In this document: in pieces, positions 9,018-18,402 of the stretch | Position numbering within the stretch: the first letter of the stretch is position 1 | Layout of the letters: every line of letters begins with the position of its first letter | Origin: Pseudomonadota bacterium | Lineage (GTDB): Bacteria > Pseudomonadota > Gammaproteobacteria > JAKAQQ01 | Reading direction: 5' to 3' | NCBI GenBank assembly: GCA_027320085.1 | Contig: DAHVLZ010000042.1 | Coordinates: 31,319-95,318, forward strand | DNA: 64,000 nt | The notes under the pieces: generated by a model | What the model was told of the DNA's origin: nothing | Databases searched by the model: none | What the model saw: only the letters and a program-made list of their open reading frames with translations | Program-made: the position numbers and the translations under genes

Positions 9018-11033
9018 ATGAAAGACCGATTTCAACTCGTTGCGAGTTATGCCCCCGCCGGGGATCAGCCCCGGGCGATCGAGGCCTTGACCCGGGGTCT
9101 CGAAGACGGGCTCGCCCGCCAGGTGCTCCTCGGGGTCACGGGGTCGGGCAAAACCTTCACCATTGCCAATCTCGTCCAGAACGTCCAGCGGACCACGTTG
9201 GTCTTGGCACCCAACAAGACACTCGCGGCCCAGCTCTATGGGGAATTCAAGGGATATTTCCCGGAGAACGCGGTCGAGTATTTTGTTTCCTACTACGATT
9301 ATTACCAGCCGGAAGCCTACGTCCCGCAGTCCGATACCTACATTGAGAAGGATGCCACGATCAATGACCACATCGAGCAGATGCGACTGTCGGCCACCAA
9401 AGCCTTGCTCGAGCGGCCCGATACGCTGATCGTGGCGACGGTCTCGGCGATTTACGGTCTGGGCGACCCCGAGTCTTACCATCGCATGGTATTGCACCTG
9501 GATGTGGGGGATCATGTGACCCAGCGCCAGGTCCTGATCCATCTGGCGGACATGCAGTATCGCCGCAACGATTATGAGCTGATGCCGGGTTCGTTTCGGG
9601 TCCGGGGGGATCTGATCGACATCTACCCCAAGGAGTCGGAGCGGGATGCCCTGCGGGTCGAGCTTGCGGATGACGAAGTGGCATCCCTGGCCCTGTTCGA
9701 TCCCCTCACGGGGAAAACCCGGACTCGTCTGCCACGCTATACCGTCTATCCGGGCAGCCATTACGTCACGCCCAGAGACCGGATTCTGGAGGCCTTGACG
9801 CGGATCCGGGTCGAACTGGATGAGCGCCTGCGCGAGCTCCGGGAACGTGGCCGGCTGCTCGAGGCCGAACGGCTGGAACAGCGAACCCGCTTCGACCTGG
9901 AAATGATCCAGGAGCTCGGCTATTGCACCGGAATTGAAAATTACTCGCGTCACTTGTCCGGACGGGGACTCGGGGAGCCGCCACCCACGCTTTTTGACTA
10001 TCTGCCGTCCCGGGCTCTTTTGGTCATCGATGAAAGCCATATCACCATTCCCCAGCTGGTCGGCATGTACCGGGGGGACTTTTCCCGCAAGTCGACGCTC
10101 GTGGAATACGGATTCCGCCTGCCCTCCGCCCTCGATAACCGGCCGCTCAGATTCGAGGAGTTTGAGGCCCGTGCCCTGCAGACGGTTTATGTCACCGCGA
10201 CTCCCGGTCCTTACGAGATCCGGAATGCCGATCAAGTCGTCGAACAGCTGGTCCGGCCGACGGGGCTCGTGGATCCTGCGGTCGAGATCCGGCCGGCGGT
10301 CAGCCAGGTCGATGACCTGCTTTCCGAGGTTCGTGAGTGTGCGCGTCGGGAGGACCGGGTGCTCGTGACCACCCTGACCAAGCGGATGGCCGAGGATCTG
10401 ACTGAATATCTTCAGGAAAATGGAGTCCGGGTCCGGTATCTGCATTCCGACATTGATACCCTGGAACGCTCGGAACTGATCCGGGAGTTGCGCAAGGGGA
10501 GCTTTGACGTTCTCGTCGGGATCAACCTCTTGCGAGAGGGGCTGGATCTGCCCGAGGTGTCTCTGGTCGCGATTCTCGATGCGGACAAGGAAGGGTTCCT
10601 GCGTTCGGAGGGTGCCTTGATCCAGACCATCGGGCGGGCATCCCGCAATCTGTCGGGGAGGGCGATCCTTTATGCCGAGCGGACCACGCCCTCGATGGCC
10701 CGCGCCATTCAGGAAACCGAACGCCGACGGCAACGGCAGCTCGAGTTCAATGAGCGGAACCGGATCACGCCCAAGGGAATCCAGAAGGGGATTGTCGACG
10801 CACTCGAGGCTGTGGGTGACACTGCGGTCGGTTCCTCGGGGCGACGCACGCGAAGAGGGGCCGGAACCGAAACGGCTGGACGGGGAAGCCCGGATGAACT
10901 GGCACTGGAAATCCGGAAACTGGAGAAAGAAATGCGCGAACAGGCGCGACAACTGGAGTTCGAGAAGGCAGCGGAAATCCGGGATCAGGTCATGCGGCTC
11001 AAGGAACGTTTCCTGAAACAGGCCAACCCGTGA
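9018..11033 (+). CDS. uvrB: Excinuclease ABC subunit B
   Basis: [21 protein letters not shown] beta-hairpin, [16 protein letters not shown]-terminal UVR coil ([11 protein letters not shown]). Confidence 0.98.
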   Translation: MKDRFQLVASYAPAGDQPRAIEALTRGLEDGLARQVLLGVTGSGKTFTIANLVQNVQRTTLVLAPNKTLAAQLYGEFKGYFPENAVEYFVSYYDYYQPEAYVPQSDTYIEKDATINDHIEQMRLSATKALLERPDTLIVATVSAIYGLGDPESYHRMVLHLDVGDHVTQRQVLIHLADMQYRRNDYELMPGSFRVRGDLIDIYPKESERDALRVELADDEVASLALFDPLTGKTRTRLPRYTVYPGSHYVTPRDRILEALTRIRVELDERLRELRERGRLLEAERLEQRTRFDLEMIQELGYCTGIENYSRHLSGRGLGEPPPTLFDYLPSRALLVIDESHITIPQLVGMYRGDFSRKSTLVEYGFRLPSALDNRPLRFEEFEARALQTVYVTATPGPYEIRNADQVVEQLVRPTGLVDPAVEIRPAVSQVDDLLSEVRECARREDRVLVTTLTKRMAEDLTEYLQENGVRVRYLHSDIDTLERSELIRELRKGSFDVLVGINLLREGLDLPEVSLVAILDADKEGFLRSEGALIQTIGRASRNLSGRAILYAERTTPSMARAIQETERRRQRQLEFNERNRITPKGIQKGIVDALEAVGDTAVGSSGRRTRRGAGTETAGRGSPDELALEIRKLEKEMREQARQLEFEKAAEIRDQVMRLKERFLKQANP

Positions 11034-11067
11034 GGGGGCTACGGACCACATCCCGAAAGGTGCCGGC

Positions 11068-11097
11068 TTGTCAGGATCCGGCTCCCTGTGGTATTTT
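11068..11097 (+). promoter_or_regulatory. Putative sigma70 promoter for tRNA-Val
   Basis: TTGTCA (11068-73), 18 bp spacer, TG-extended TATTTT (11092-97), GC-rich discriminator. Confidence 0.55.
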
Positions 11098-11114
11098 CAC
11101 CGCCCTGAATCGGA

Positions 11115-11191
11115 AGGCGCGTAGCTCAGCTGGTTAGAGCACCACCTTGACATGGTGGGGGTCGTTGGTTCGAGTCCAATCGCGCCTACCA
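11115..11191 (+). tRNA. tRNA-Val(GAC)
   Basis: AGGCGCG/CGCGCCT acceptor stem, TAGCTCAGCTGGTTAGAGC D arm, CCACC-TTGACAT-GGTGG anticodon arm, GGTTCGAGTCC T arm, encoded CCA; 77 nt. Confidence 0.97.
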
Positions 11192-11425
11192 GAACTCGAA
11201 AAAACCGATTTTTTCATCCGATCCCCCTTAGCGGTGTTTCTCCTGACCTGCGGGCCCGTCAAGTTTTGGGCTTGTCTTCTACCTGGGCTTGCTTTGCGGT
11301 GGTGGCAGGGGCAGTTCCCTCCTGTTTCTGTGAGACCTCCACTCTGGGAGAGGCGCCTTAACCGGCAGGTCACGTTCAGGATCCGCCGGAATGGCTTCCG
11401 AGAGTCCAGTTTGGCCCCAGAAGGC

Positions 11426-13021
11426 TCAGTGCAGTTTGGGTCCCGGGTGTGGAGGGGACGTAGCTTCTTTCCGGAAGTGGAGCGGCTGGGTTACGAACGA
11501 CAGGATTTCGGGTTGTCCCCGCGGGCCCAGGCTGAAGGTGAGGTAGCTTGTGCCTTCATAGCGTTCCTCCCAGCGAACCTCGAATGTGTGGGGATTCCAG
11601 GGCACCAGAATCCCGTGAAAGGCCGGGTTCCCGAGCGTGAGTGTGAGCACGCCGTTCCGTTCTTTCACTTGTGCCGTTCCATCAAAACGGCTCCGGTAAA
11701 AACCAACGTACCGAGTAAGCGGGACCGGCAGTCGGACCTGGCGTTTGCGCCGGCCCACGAGTTTTCGCCGGATGGACTTTTCTTTCGCGCGCTGCTCCTG
11801 AATGAAGCGGTACCAGGCACGGCTGATGTCCCGGTGGGGCAGCCCCAGATAGGATTGGAGCACGTGAAACAGGATCCCTTCGGGCGCAAAGTTCTGGTCC
11901 AGATTGGAGAGGACCACAACGCCCAAATGCAGGCTCGGCACAATAGCGAGCACGGTCGACATCCCGTTGATGTTCCCTGGATGCCAGATCAGCCGGTGAC
12001 CGCCATACGCCTGGATAAAAAACCCGAGACCGTAGGCATAGAAGGGTTCTCCCGGCGTTTGGATCCGCAACCAGCTGCCCACCGAGGGGTTGTCCTCATG
12101 GATCAGTATCCAGGGCGTTTCCATGGTGCGGATGATGGCGGGAGAGAGGACGGGTTTCCCCTGGTAGCGACCGTGGTCCATGAGCATTTCGAGCCAATGG
12201 CTCATGTCAAGCACGCTGGTGTTGATGCCGCCCACGGGTGCAAAGACATCCATGTTGTGTGTCCAATAGCGGGGAATCCGCTTCACCCGACCGTCGATCA
12301 CCGCGTAGGGGGCTGCCACGTTCTTTTTGCCGGCCAGCTTTTCCTGCCGGGTGACCGTGCCTTTCATGTGCAAGGGGCGGAACAGGTGGAGTTGGAGGTA
12401 GTGGTTCCAGCTCATGCCCGTGAGAGCCGGAATGAACTGGCTGGCCGCGAGGTAGAGCGTGTTGTTGTAGCAGAAGTGCGTCCGGAAGGCATAGGTCGGT
12501 TTCTGGTAACGGAGCCTCCGGAGAACATTCCGCACGGTGTCGTAAGAGGTGTACCACATGGCTGTGGGGTCGCAGTATCCGCTCCGGTGCGTGAGCAGGT
12601 CCCGGAGGGTGATCATCTGGGTGACGTACGCGCTCTCCAGGCGAAAGTCTCTGAGCGCAGCGTGGACCGGAGTGTCCCAGCGCAGTTTCCCGGAGGTGAC
12701 CAACTGGCCCAGTGCCGCCACGGTAAAAGCCTTGGTCAGCGATCCCAGGGTGAAAAGTGTTTCCGGGTTGACCCGGGCGGACCGGCCGAGCATCCGGTAT
12801 CCGTAACCCCGTGCGTATACCCGCTTGCCGTCCTGGACAACGGCCAGGGCAAGACCGGGAACGTGCCAGAGGTGCATGGTCTTGCGGACATAGGCATTGA
12901 GGTGATCCAACTGGGCCGGGAGATGCGCATCGGAACGGGCGAAAGACAACCCGGGCAAGGTTGACATCGACAGCACGACCAGGCCGAAACCAAAAAACCT
13001 GTCGCGAGCCGGATTTTTCAT
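11426..13021 (-). CDS. Secreted serine hydrolase (beta-lactamase/AmpC-like fold with C-terminal DUF3471-like domain)
   Basis: Signal peptide from ATG 13021; SxxK (GSLTK), LLTHRSG, YxN (YNN), HPG motifs. Confidence 0.88.
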   Translation of the reverse strand: MKNPARDRFFGFGLVVLSMSTLPGLSFARSDAHLPAQLDHLNAYVRKTMHLWHVPGLALAVVQDGKRVYARGYGYRMLGRSARVNPETLFTLGSLTKAFTVAALGQLVTSGKLRWDTPVHAALRDFRLESAYVTQMITLRDLLTHRSGYCDPTAMWYTSYDTVRNVLRRLRYQKPTYAFRTHFCYNNTLYLAASQFIPALTGMSWNHYLQLHLFRPLHMKGTVTRQEKLAGKKNVAAPYAVIDGRVKRIPRYWTHNMDVFAPVGGINTSVLDMSHWLEMLMDHGRYQGKPVLSPAIIRTMETPWILIHEDNPSVGSWLRIQTPGEPFYAYGLGFFIQAYGGHRLIWHPGNINGMSTVLAIVPSLHLGVVVLSNLDQNFAPEGILFHVLQSYLGLPHRDISRAWYRFIQEQRAKEKSIRRKLVGRRKRQVRLPVPLTRYVGFYRSRFDGTAQVKERNGVLTLTLGNPAFHGILVPWNPHTFEVRWEERYEGTSYLTFSLGPRGQPEILSFVTQPLHFRKEATSPPHPGPKLH

Positions 13022-13137
13022 GCTCGATCCTTTCAGAAGAGTTGGTCTTTGGCTCGGACGAGTATAGCCCTCTGCTTGGGTGGGCGGGGTCCGGATCGGC
13101 AATCCGAAGGGGGCGGCATTTATGCGAAACTATCGCG

Positions 13138-14127
13138 ATGTCGGATCCCGCCCCCGTCCCGATCGATCCTGCCCCCACTTTCGGGGAGGTCTTGGGCCGC
13201 AACCACCTGTCTCTGACCCGGAAACCGCTCGAAATCCTGCAGGTCAATCTGGGGAAACGCTGTAACCAGGCCTGTAATCACTGCCATGTGGAAGCGGGGC
13301 CGAAGCGGACCGAAATCATGGCCACTCGAACGGTCGACCGGATCCTGGAGTTGCTCGACCGTTCATGCGGAATTACCACCGTGGACCTGACCGGCGGGGC
13401 GCCCGAACTCCATCCCCAGTTCCGTCGTCTCGTGATGACGGCACGTGGGGCGGGGAAACAAGTGATCGACCGGTGTAATCTCACGGTCCTCTTTGAACCC
13501 GGCCAGGAGGAGACTGCCCGGTTCCTCGCACAAAACCAGGTGACCGTGATCGCTTCACTGCCCTGTTACAGCCGTGAGAACGTTGAAAAACAGCGGGGGG
13601 TTGGGGTCTTCGAGCCCAGCCTGCGGGCCCTCGAGAAACTGAACGCGCTGGGTTATGCAGCCCCCGGAAGCACCCTGGAGCTGCATCTGGTCTACAACCC
13701 GGTCGGCCCCTTTCTTCCTCCTCCCCAGGCGCGGCTTGAAAGCGATTACAAGAAACAGCTGGGAGAGCACTACGGGATCCGCTTCAACCGTCTCCTCACG
13801 ATCACGAACATGCCGATCAGCCGGTTTCTCCATCAACTGCTCCGAGACGGGACGTATGAGGCTTACCAGACGCTTCTCGTCCAGTCCTTCAACCCCGAGA
13901 CCATCCCCGGTCTCATGTGCCGGAACCTGCTCTCGGTCGGATGGGATGGGCAGCTTTATGACTGCGATTTCAACCAGATGCTCGAGCTGCCGCTGGGCGG
14001 GCGACCCCGGAGCCTTTGGGAAATCGAGGCTTTTGACGATCTGGCACAGGGGCCGATTGCCTGTGGACCCCATTGTTTTGGATGTGCGGCCGGGGCGGGT
14101 AGTTCCTGCGGCGGAGCACTCGTCTGA
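13138..14127 (+). CDS. arsS: ArsS-like arsenosugar-biosynthesis radical SAM protein (radical SAM + DUF3641)
   Basis: LQVNLG-RCNQACNHCHV (CxxxCxxC), DLTGGAPE, IDRCNLT, SLPCY, YDCDFNQML, C-terminal HCFGCAAGAGSSCGG. Confidence 0.85.
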   Translation: MSDPAPVPIDPAPTFGEVLGRNHLSLTRKPLEILQVNLGKRCNQACNHCHVEAGPKRTEIMATRTVDRILELLDRSCGITTVDLTGGAPELHPQFRRLVMTARGAGKQVIDRCNLTVLFEPGQEETARFLAQNQVTVIASLPCYSRENVEKQRGVGVFEPSLRALEKLNALGYAAPGSTLELHLVYNPVGPFLPPPQARLESDYKKQLGEHYGIRFNRLLTITNMPISRFLHQLLRDGTYEAYQTLLVQSFNPETIPGLMCRNLLSVGWDGQLYDCDFNQMLELPLGGRPRSLWEIEAFDDLAQGPIACGPHCFGCAAGAGSSCGGALV

Positions 14128-14209
14128 CGGTCAACAGGGCGAGAGGACGACCCGCTATAATGGCGCTTCGCCTCCTATGTGGGGCTATCAGATACCCGGA
14201 CTACTGCTG

Positions 14210-16138
14210 ATGCCCAAGATTACGATTCCACTTCAGGGCGAGGTGGATCAAGCGGAGCCCCTGTCGGTTCAAGAAGCCCTGGCCCGACGCGTCGGACCCG
14301 AGGTCATGTCACGGGTGGTGGCCGGACGGCTCAATGGCCGACCCGTCGATCTCTCCCTGACACTCGACTCGGATGCCGTCGTCGAGCCGGTCAGGGCAGA
14401 GGAACCCTTGGGACTTGAGATCCTGAGACATTCAACTGCGCATCTTCTGGCCCATGCGGTCAAGCGCCTTTTTCCGCAGACCCAGGTCACAATCGGCCCG
14501 GTGATCGAAGATGGCTTCTATTACGATTTCCACGTTGAGCCACCTTTTTCGGTGGAGGACCTGCCACGGATCGAAGCGGAGATGCGGCAAATCGTCTCCG
14601 AGGATCTCCCCATTGAACGCCAGGTCATGACCCGGGATGCGGCCGTCCGTTTTTTCTCTGAGCGGGGTGAGGCCTACAAGGCCGAGATCATCCGGGAAAT
14701 CCCCGCAGGCGAGGTGATCAGTCTCTATCGCCAAGGTGATTTTCAGGATTTGTGCCGGGGACCCCATGTTCCCTCGACCGGGCGCCTCGGCAATTTCAAG
14801 CTGACGCAGGTCGCCGGTGCGTACTGGCGGGGGGATTCTCGCAATGTCATGTTGACCCGGATTTACGGCACGGCCTGGGCCAGCCCTGAGGCACTGACCC
14901 AGCACCTCGAACGGATCGCGGAAGCTGAAAAAAGGGATCACCGGAGACTGGCCAAGCTGATGAATCTGTTTCATTTCCAGGACGAGGCCCCCGGGATGGT
15001 GTTCTGGCACGAGGCGGGATGGGTGCTGTACCGGGCCATCGAGGACTATATCCGGGGCCAGCTGGCGGCTGCGGGGTATCGGGAAGTGCACACGCCCCTC
15101 ATGCTGGACCGTGTCCTGTGGGAGCGTTCGGGACATGCCGACAAGTTCGGTACGCAGATGTTTGCCGTCTCTGTGGACAACCGGGAGTATGCCATCAAGC
15201 CCATGAACTGCCCGGCCCATGTCCAGATCTTCAACCAGGGGGTCCGGAGCTACCGGGAGTTGCCGCTTCGCCTTGCGGAATTCGGGGTCTGCCACCGGAA
15301 TGAACCTTCCGGGACCCTGCACGGACTTCTCCGGGCACGCTCTTTCGTCCAGGATGACGCCCATATTTTCTGTGCTCCCGACCAGGTGGAGCCAGAAGCC
15401 ACGGCCTTCATCCGCCTGCTTTTCAATGTGTACCGGGATTTTGGTTTTTCGGACATCCAGATCCATCTGTCCACCCGTCCCGAGCAGCGGGTGGGAAGCG
15501 ACGAGCTTTGGGATCGTGCGGAGGAGGCCCTGTCGCAGGCCCTGCAACACGAGAATCTGGCCTATTCGATCCAGCCGGGGGAGGGCGCCTTTTATGGACC
15601 GAAGATCGAATTTTCGCTACGGGATACCCTGGGCCGGGTGTGGCAGTGCGGAACCCTGCAGCTGGATTACGTGCTGCCCGAGCGGCTCGGGGCCAGTTTT
15701 ATCAATGCGGAAGGGAACAAGGAACGCGTCGTCATGCTGCATCGGGCCATTTTGGGATCCCTGGAACGCTTTATCGGGATTCTCCTGGAGCACCATGCGG
15801 GTGTCCTGCCGCTCTGGCTGGCCCCGGTCCAGGTGGCCGTCCTGACCATTACGGGACAACAGGACGAATATGCCCGTCAGGCCTGCCAAGTACTGGAAGG
15901 GGCAGGGTTCAGGGTCGCGCTGGACTTGAGAAATGAGAAGATTGGCCTTAAAATTAGGGAACACTCGATCCAGCGGGTTCCGTACCTGGCCGTGATCGGT
16001 CCGAAAGAGGCGGCTTCTGGCCGTCTCGCCGTACGCCGCCAAAATGGCAGTAACCTGGGAGACAGATCTCTGGAAAGCTTTGTGGCTGACTTGACTAGGG
16101 AACGGAATCGCCGTGGCCAAGATGTAGTGGAGGACTGA
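14210..16138 (+). CDS. thrS: Threonine--tRNA ligase
   Basis: RHSTAHLLA, DLCRGPHVP, GAYWRGD, KPMNCP, MLHRAILGSLERF; TATAAT at 14156-61 upstream; start refined from the 13655 ORF. Confidence 0.97.
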   Translation: MPKITIPLQGEVDQAEPLSVQEALARRVGPEVMSRVVAGRLNGRPVDLSLTLDSDAVVEPVRAEEPLGLEILRHSTAHLLAHAVKRLFPQTQVTIGPVIEDGFYYDFHVEPPFSVEDLPRIEAEMRQIVSEDLPIERQVMTRDAAVRFFSERGEAYKAEIIREIPAGEVISLYRQGDFQDLCRGPHVPSTGRLGNFKLTQVAGAYWRGDSRNVMLTRIYGTAWASPEALTQHLERIAEAEKRDHRRLAKLMNLFHFQDEAPGMVFWHEAGWVLYRAIEDYIRGQLAAAGYREVHTPLMLDRVLWERSGHADKFGTQMFAVSVDNREYAIKPMNCPAHVQIFNQGVRSYRELPLRLAEFGVCHRNEPSGTLHGLLRARSFVQDDAHIFCAPDQVEPEATAFIRLLFNVYRDFGFSDIQIHLSTRPEQRVGSDELWDRAEEALSQALQHENLAYSIQPGEGAFYGPKIEFSLRDTLGRVWQCGTLQLDYVLPERLGASFINAEGNKERVVMLHRAILGSLERFIGILLEHHAGVLPLWLAPVQVAVLTITGQQDEYARQACQVLEGAGFRVALDLRNEKIGLKIREHSIQRVPYLAVIGPKEAASGRLAVRRQNGSNLGDRSLESFVADLTRERNRRGQDVVED

Positions 16139-16141
16139 GGC

Positions 16142-16660
16142 ATCAGCGGCGAGAAAAAAGTTCGGCGTAATGCCGAGATCACGGTGCCCCGAGTGCGCGT
16201 GATCGACCACAATGGTCAGCAAATCGGGGTCCTGCCCACGGGCGAGGCCATGAGAGTTGCTGAAAACGCGGGACTGGATCTGGTCGAGGTTTCGCCCACC
16301 GCGGATCCTCCGGTCTGCCGGGTGATGAATTTCGGCAAATACCAGTTTGAGCTGAACAAGAAGGTTCAGGCCAACCGCAAGAAGCAGAAGCAGATCCATA
16401 TCAAGGAGGTCAAGTTCCGGCCGACCACGGAAGAAAACGACTACCAGATCAAGCTGAAAAGTATCATGCGTTTTCTGGCAGACGGAGATAAGGCGAAGGT
16501 CACCCTGCGTTTTAGGGGACGCGAATTGCTGCACCAGGACTTGGGTGCCCAGATTCTCAACCGGATCCAGACGGATTTGGATTCGAATGCGGTGGTCGAG
16601 ATGGCGCCGCGCCTTGAAGGACGACAAATTGTGATGGTGCTCGTGCCCCGTCGCAAGTAA
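16142..16660 (+). CDS. infC: Translation initiation factor IF-3, non-canonical ATC start
   Basis: GGAGG (16129-33) 8 nt before in-frame ATC 16142; GLDLVEVSP-ADPPVC, IKEVKFRP, GDKAKVTLRFRGRE. Confidence 0.96.
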   Translation: MSGEKKVRRNAEITVPRVRVIDHNGQQIGVLPTGEAMRVAENAGLDLVEVSPTADPPVCRVMNFGKYQFELNKKVQANRKKQKQIHIKEVKFRPTTEENDYQIKLKSIMRFLADGDKAKVTLRFRGRELLHQDLGAQILNRIQTDLDSNAVVEMAPRLEGRQIVMVLVPRRK

Positions 16661-16669
16661 AACCGAAAA

Positions 16670-16690
16670 GCATTCCCCTTGAGGGAATGC
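16670..16690 (+). other. Perfect hairpin in the infC-rpmI spacer (possible processing or L20-regulatory element)
   Basis: GCATTCCC-CTTGA-GGGAATGC, no U-tract; function inferred only from position. Confidence 0.4.
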
Positions 16691-16746
16691 CCTTGGTCGT
16701 CAATGCCGCGAGAGCGGAACCAAGCCAATATGCGGAGTAGTGTGTC

Positions 16747-16941
16747 ATGCCCAAGCTCAAGACCAATCGTGGTGCGGCCAAGCGTTTCCGGGCGCAAGCC
16801 AATGGCTTCAAACGGAAACACTCCCATCGCCGCCATATCCTGTCCACCAAGTCGCCCAAACGGAAGCGTCAGCTGCGCAGTCCGGCGGTCGTCGGACCTA
16901 CTGACCGCGACCGTTTGCGCCCGCTTCTGCCCTACCAGTAA
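16747..16941 (+). CDS. rpmI: 50S ribosomal protein L35
   Basis: [14 protein letters not shown]...[15 protein letters not shown]. Confidence 0.97.
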   Translation: MPKLKTNRGAAKRFRAQANGFKRKHSHRRHILSTKSPKRKRQLRSPAVVGPTDRDRLRPLLPYQ

Positions 16942-16953
16942 AGGAGACTCGAC

Positions 16954-17316
16954 ATGGCACGAGTAAAAAGGGGGGTCACCAGCCGGGCCCGGCACAAGAA
17001 GGTTCTGAAAAAGGCCAAGGGCTACTATGGTGCGCGCAGCCGGACCATCAAGGTCGCCCGGCAGGCGGTGCTCAAGGCCGGCCAGTACGCGTATCGCGAC
17101 CGGCGGCAGAGAAAGCGCGAATTCCGAGCCCTGTGGATTGTTCGGATCAACGCGGGAAGCCGCGAGCACGGCCTGTCTTACAGCCAGTTCGTGAAGGGTC
17201 TGTCCAAGGCCGAGATCGTGGTTGACCGGAAAATTCTTGCGGAACTCGCCGTGCAGGATCCGGCGGCCTTTGCCACGCTGGTGGAGCAAGCCAAAACGGC
17301 CCTGGCTGCTGGCTGA
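16954..17316 (+). CDS. rplT: 50S ribosomal protein L20
   Basis: MARVKRG...[10 protein letters not shown]...[11 protein letters not shown]. Confidence 0.98.
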   Translation: MARVKRGVTSRARHKKVLKKAKGYYGARSRTIKVARQAVLKAGQYAYRDRRQRKREFRALWIVRINAGSREHGLSYSQFVKGLSKAEIVVDRKILAELAVQDPAAFATLVEQAKTALAAG

Positions 17317-17367
17317 ACCTCCCAGCAGGCGGAGTGTAGTTCCCGCAATCGCTTGTGGAGGTTCCCT

Positions 17368-18402
17368 GTGGCATCCGAACCGGAGTTTCTCGATTCAGCC
17401 CTGGCGGCCATCTCCACCGCCGGCACCCTGGCCGAACTGGAACAGGTCCGGGTCCACTGGCTGGGACGGCAGGGAATCCTGCCGGAAGCCTTCCGTCGGT
17501 TGGCGACTCTGTCCGGTGCGGAGCGAAGTGCCACCGGTCAGGGACTGAACAGGGCCCGGGATGCGATTGAAGAGGCAATCCGGAAGCGACGGAAGTCCTT
17601 GGAGACGGATCAGGTCGAAAAACAACTGGCCCGCAAGCGGGTGGATGTCACCCTGCCCGGTCGGGGCCTCATGCCCGGGACCCTTCATCCGTTGACCCAG
17701 GCCCGACTCCTCATTGAGAACCATTTTTGCGGCAGCGGTTTCACCATCGCGACCGGTCCCGAAATCGAGGACGACTTCCATAATTTTACGGCGCTCAACA
17801 TGGGCCCGGACCATCCGGCCCGGGCCGCCCACGACACTTTTTACCTGGACCCCGGCGCCCTCCTGCTCCGGACCCACACGTCGCCCGTACAAATCCGCGC
17901 CCTCAGGCGGTGGGGCCCACCGCTTCGGATCATTGCGCCCGGCCGGGTCTACCGTCGAGATTCGGATCTCACGCATACACCCATGTTTCACCAGGTGGAG
18001 GGACTGGTGGTGGATCGGGAAATCTCATGGGCGGAGATGACCGATGTGCTGAGTGACTTTCTCCACGCCTTTTTCACGGATGGCCTGAAGATCCGGTTTC
18101 GTCCTTCTTATTTTCCCTTCACCGAGCCGTCGGCAGAGGTCGATCTGGAGTGTTTTTTCTGTGCCCGGCGCGGATGCCGGGTGTGCAAGCAGTCCGGCTG
18201 GATCGAAGTCATGGGTTGTGGCCTGGTCCATCCCGAGGTTTTTCGGCAATCCGGAGTGGATCCCGGGGAGTGGTCCGGACTGGCTTTTGGAATGGGGATC
18301 GAACGGCTGGCCATGCTCAAATACCGCATTGGCGACATCCGGTGGTTTTACGACAATGACCTGCGTTTCCTGACGCCACGTCCGGCGGCTTCGGGATCAT
18401 GA
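17368..18402 (+). CDS. pheS: Phenylalanine--tRNA ligase alpha subunit
   Basis: HPAR-HDTFY, LLRTHTSPVQIR, THTPMFHQVEG, FPFTEPSAEVD, GLAFGMGIERL; GGAGG before GTG 17368. Confidence 0.97.
   Translation: MASEPEFLDSALAAISTAGTLAELEQVRVHWLGRQGILPEAFRRLATLSGAERSATGQGLNRARDAIEEAIRKRRKSLETDQVEKQLARKRVDVTLPGRGLMPGTLHPLTQARLLIENHFCGSGFTIATGPEIEDDFHNFTALNMGPDHPARAAHDTFYLDPGALLLRTHTSPVQIRALRRWGPPLRIIAPGRVYRRDSDLTHTPMFHQVEGLVVDREISWAEMTDVLSDFLHAFFTDGLKIRFRPSYFPFTEPSAEVDLECFFCARRGCRVCKQSGWIEVMGCGLVHPEVFRQSGVDPGEWSGLAFGMGIERLAMLKYRIGDIRWFYDNDLRFLTPRPAASGS

Noticed and set aside
8991-11051. 686-aa antisense ORF over uvrB (likewise 886-2517 over ftsK, 11147-12964 over the hydrolase, 14432-15550 over thrS)
   Set aside because: Codon-register shadows of real genes in GC-rich DNA; no recognisable motifs or initiation signals
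14100-14160. Selenocysteine read-through in the ArsS-like gene
   Set aside because: The relevant position is TGC (Cys) and the TGA falls at the normal family C-terminus
13655-14209. N-terminal extension of ThrS in the 827-aa ORF (similarly the long calls for lolA, radA, hflC, miaA, hfq)
   Set aside because: Extensions overlap upstream genes in another frame; family homology begins at the downstream starts used here
14162-14209. Possible ThrRS operator or attenuator in the thrS leader, and a pheM-type attenuator before pheS
   Set aside because: No anticodon-mimic hairpins in the short thrS leader; the ~50-bp rplT-pheS gap has no Phe-rich leader peptide
18147-18200. CxxC...CxxC insert in PheS
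   Set aside because: A common Cys-rich segment in PheS of many bacteria; not unusual
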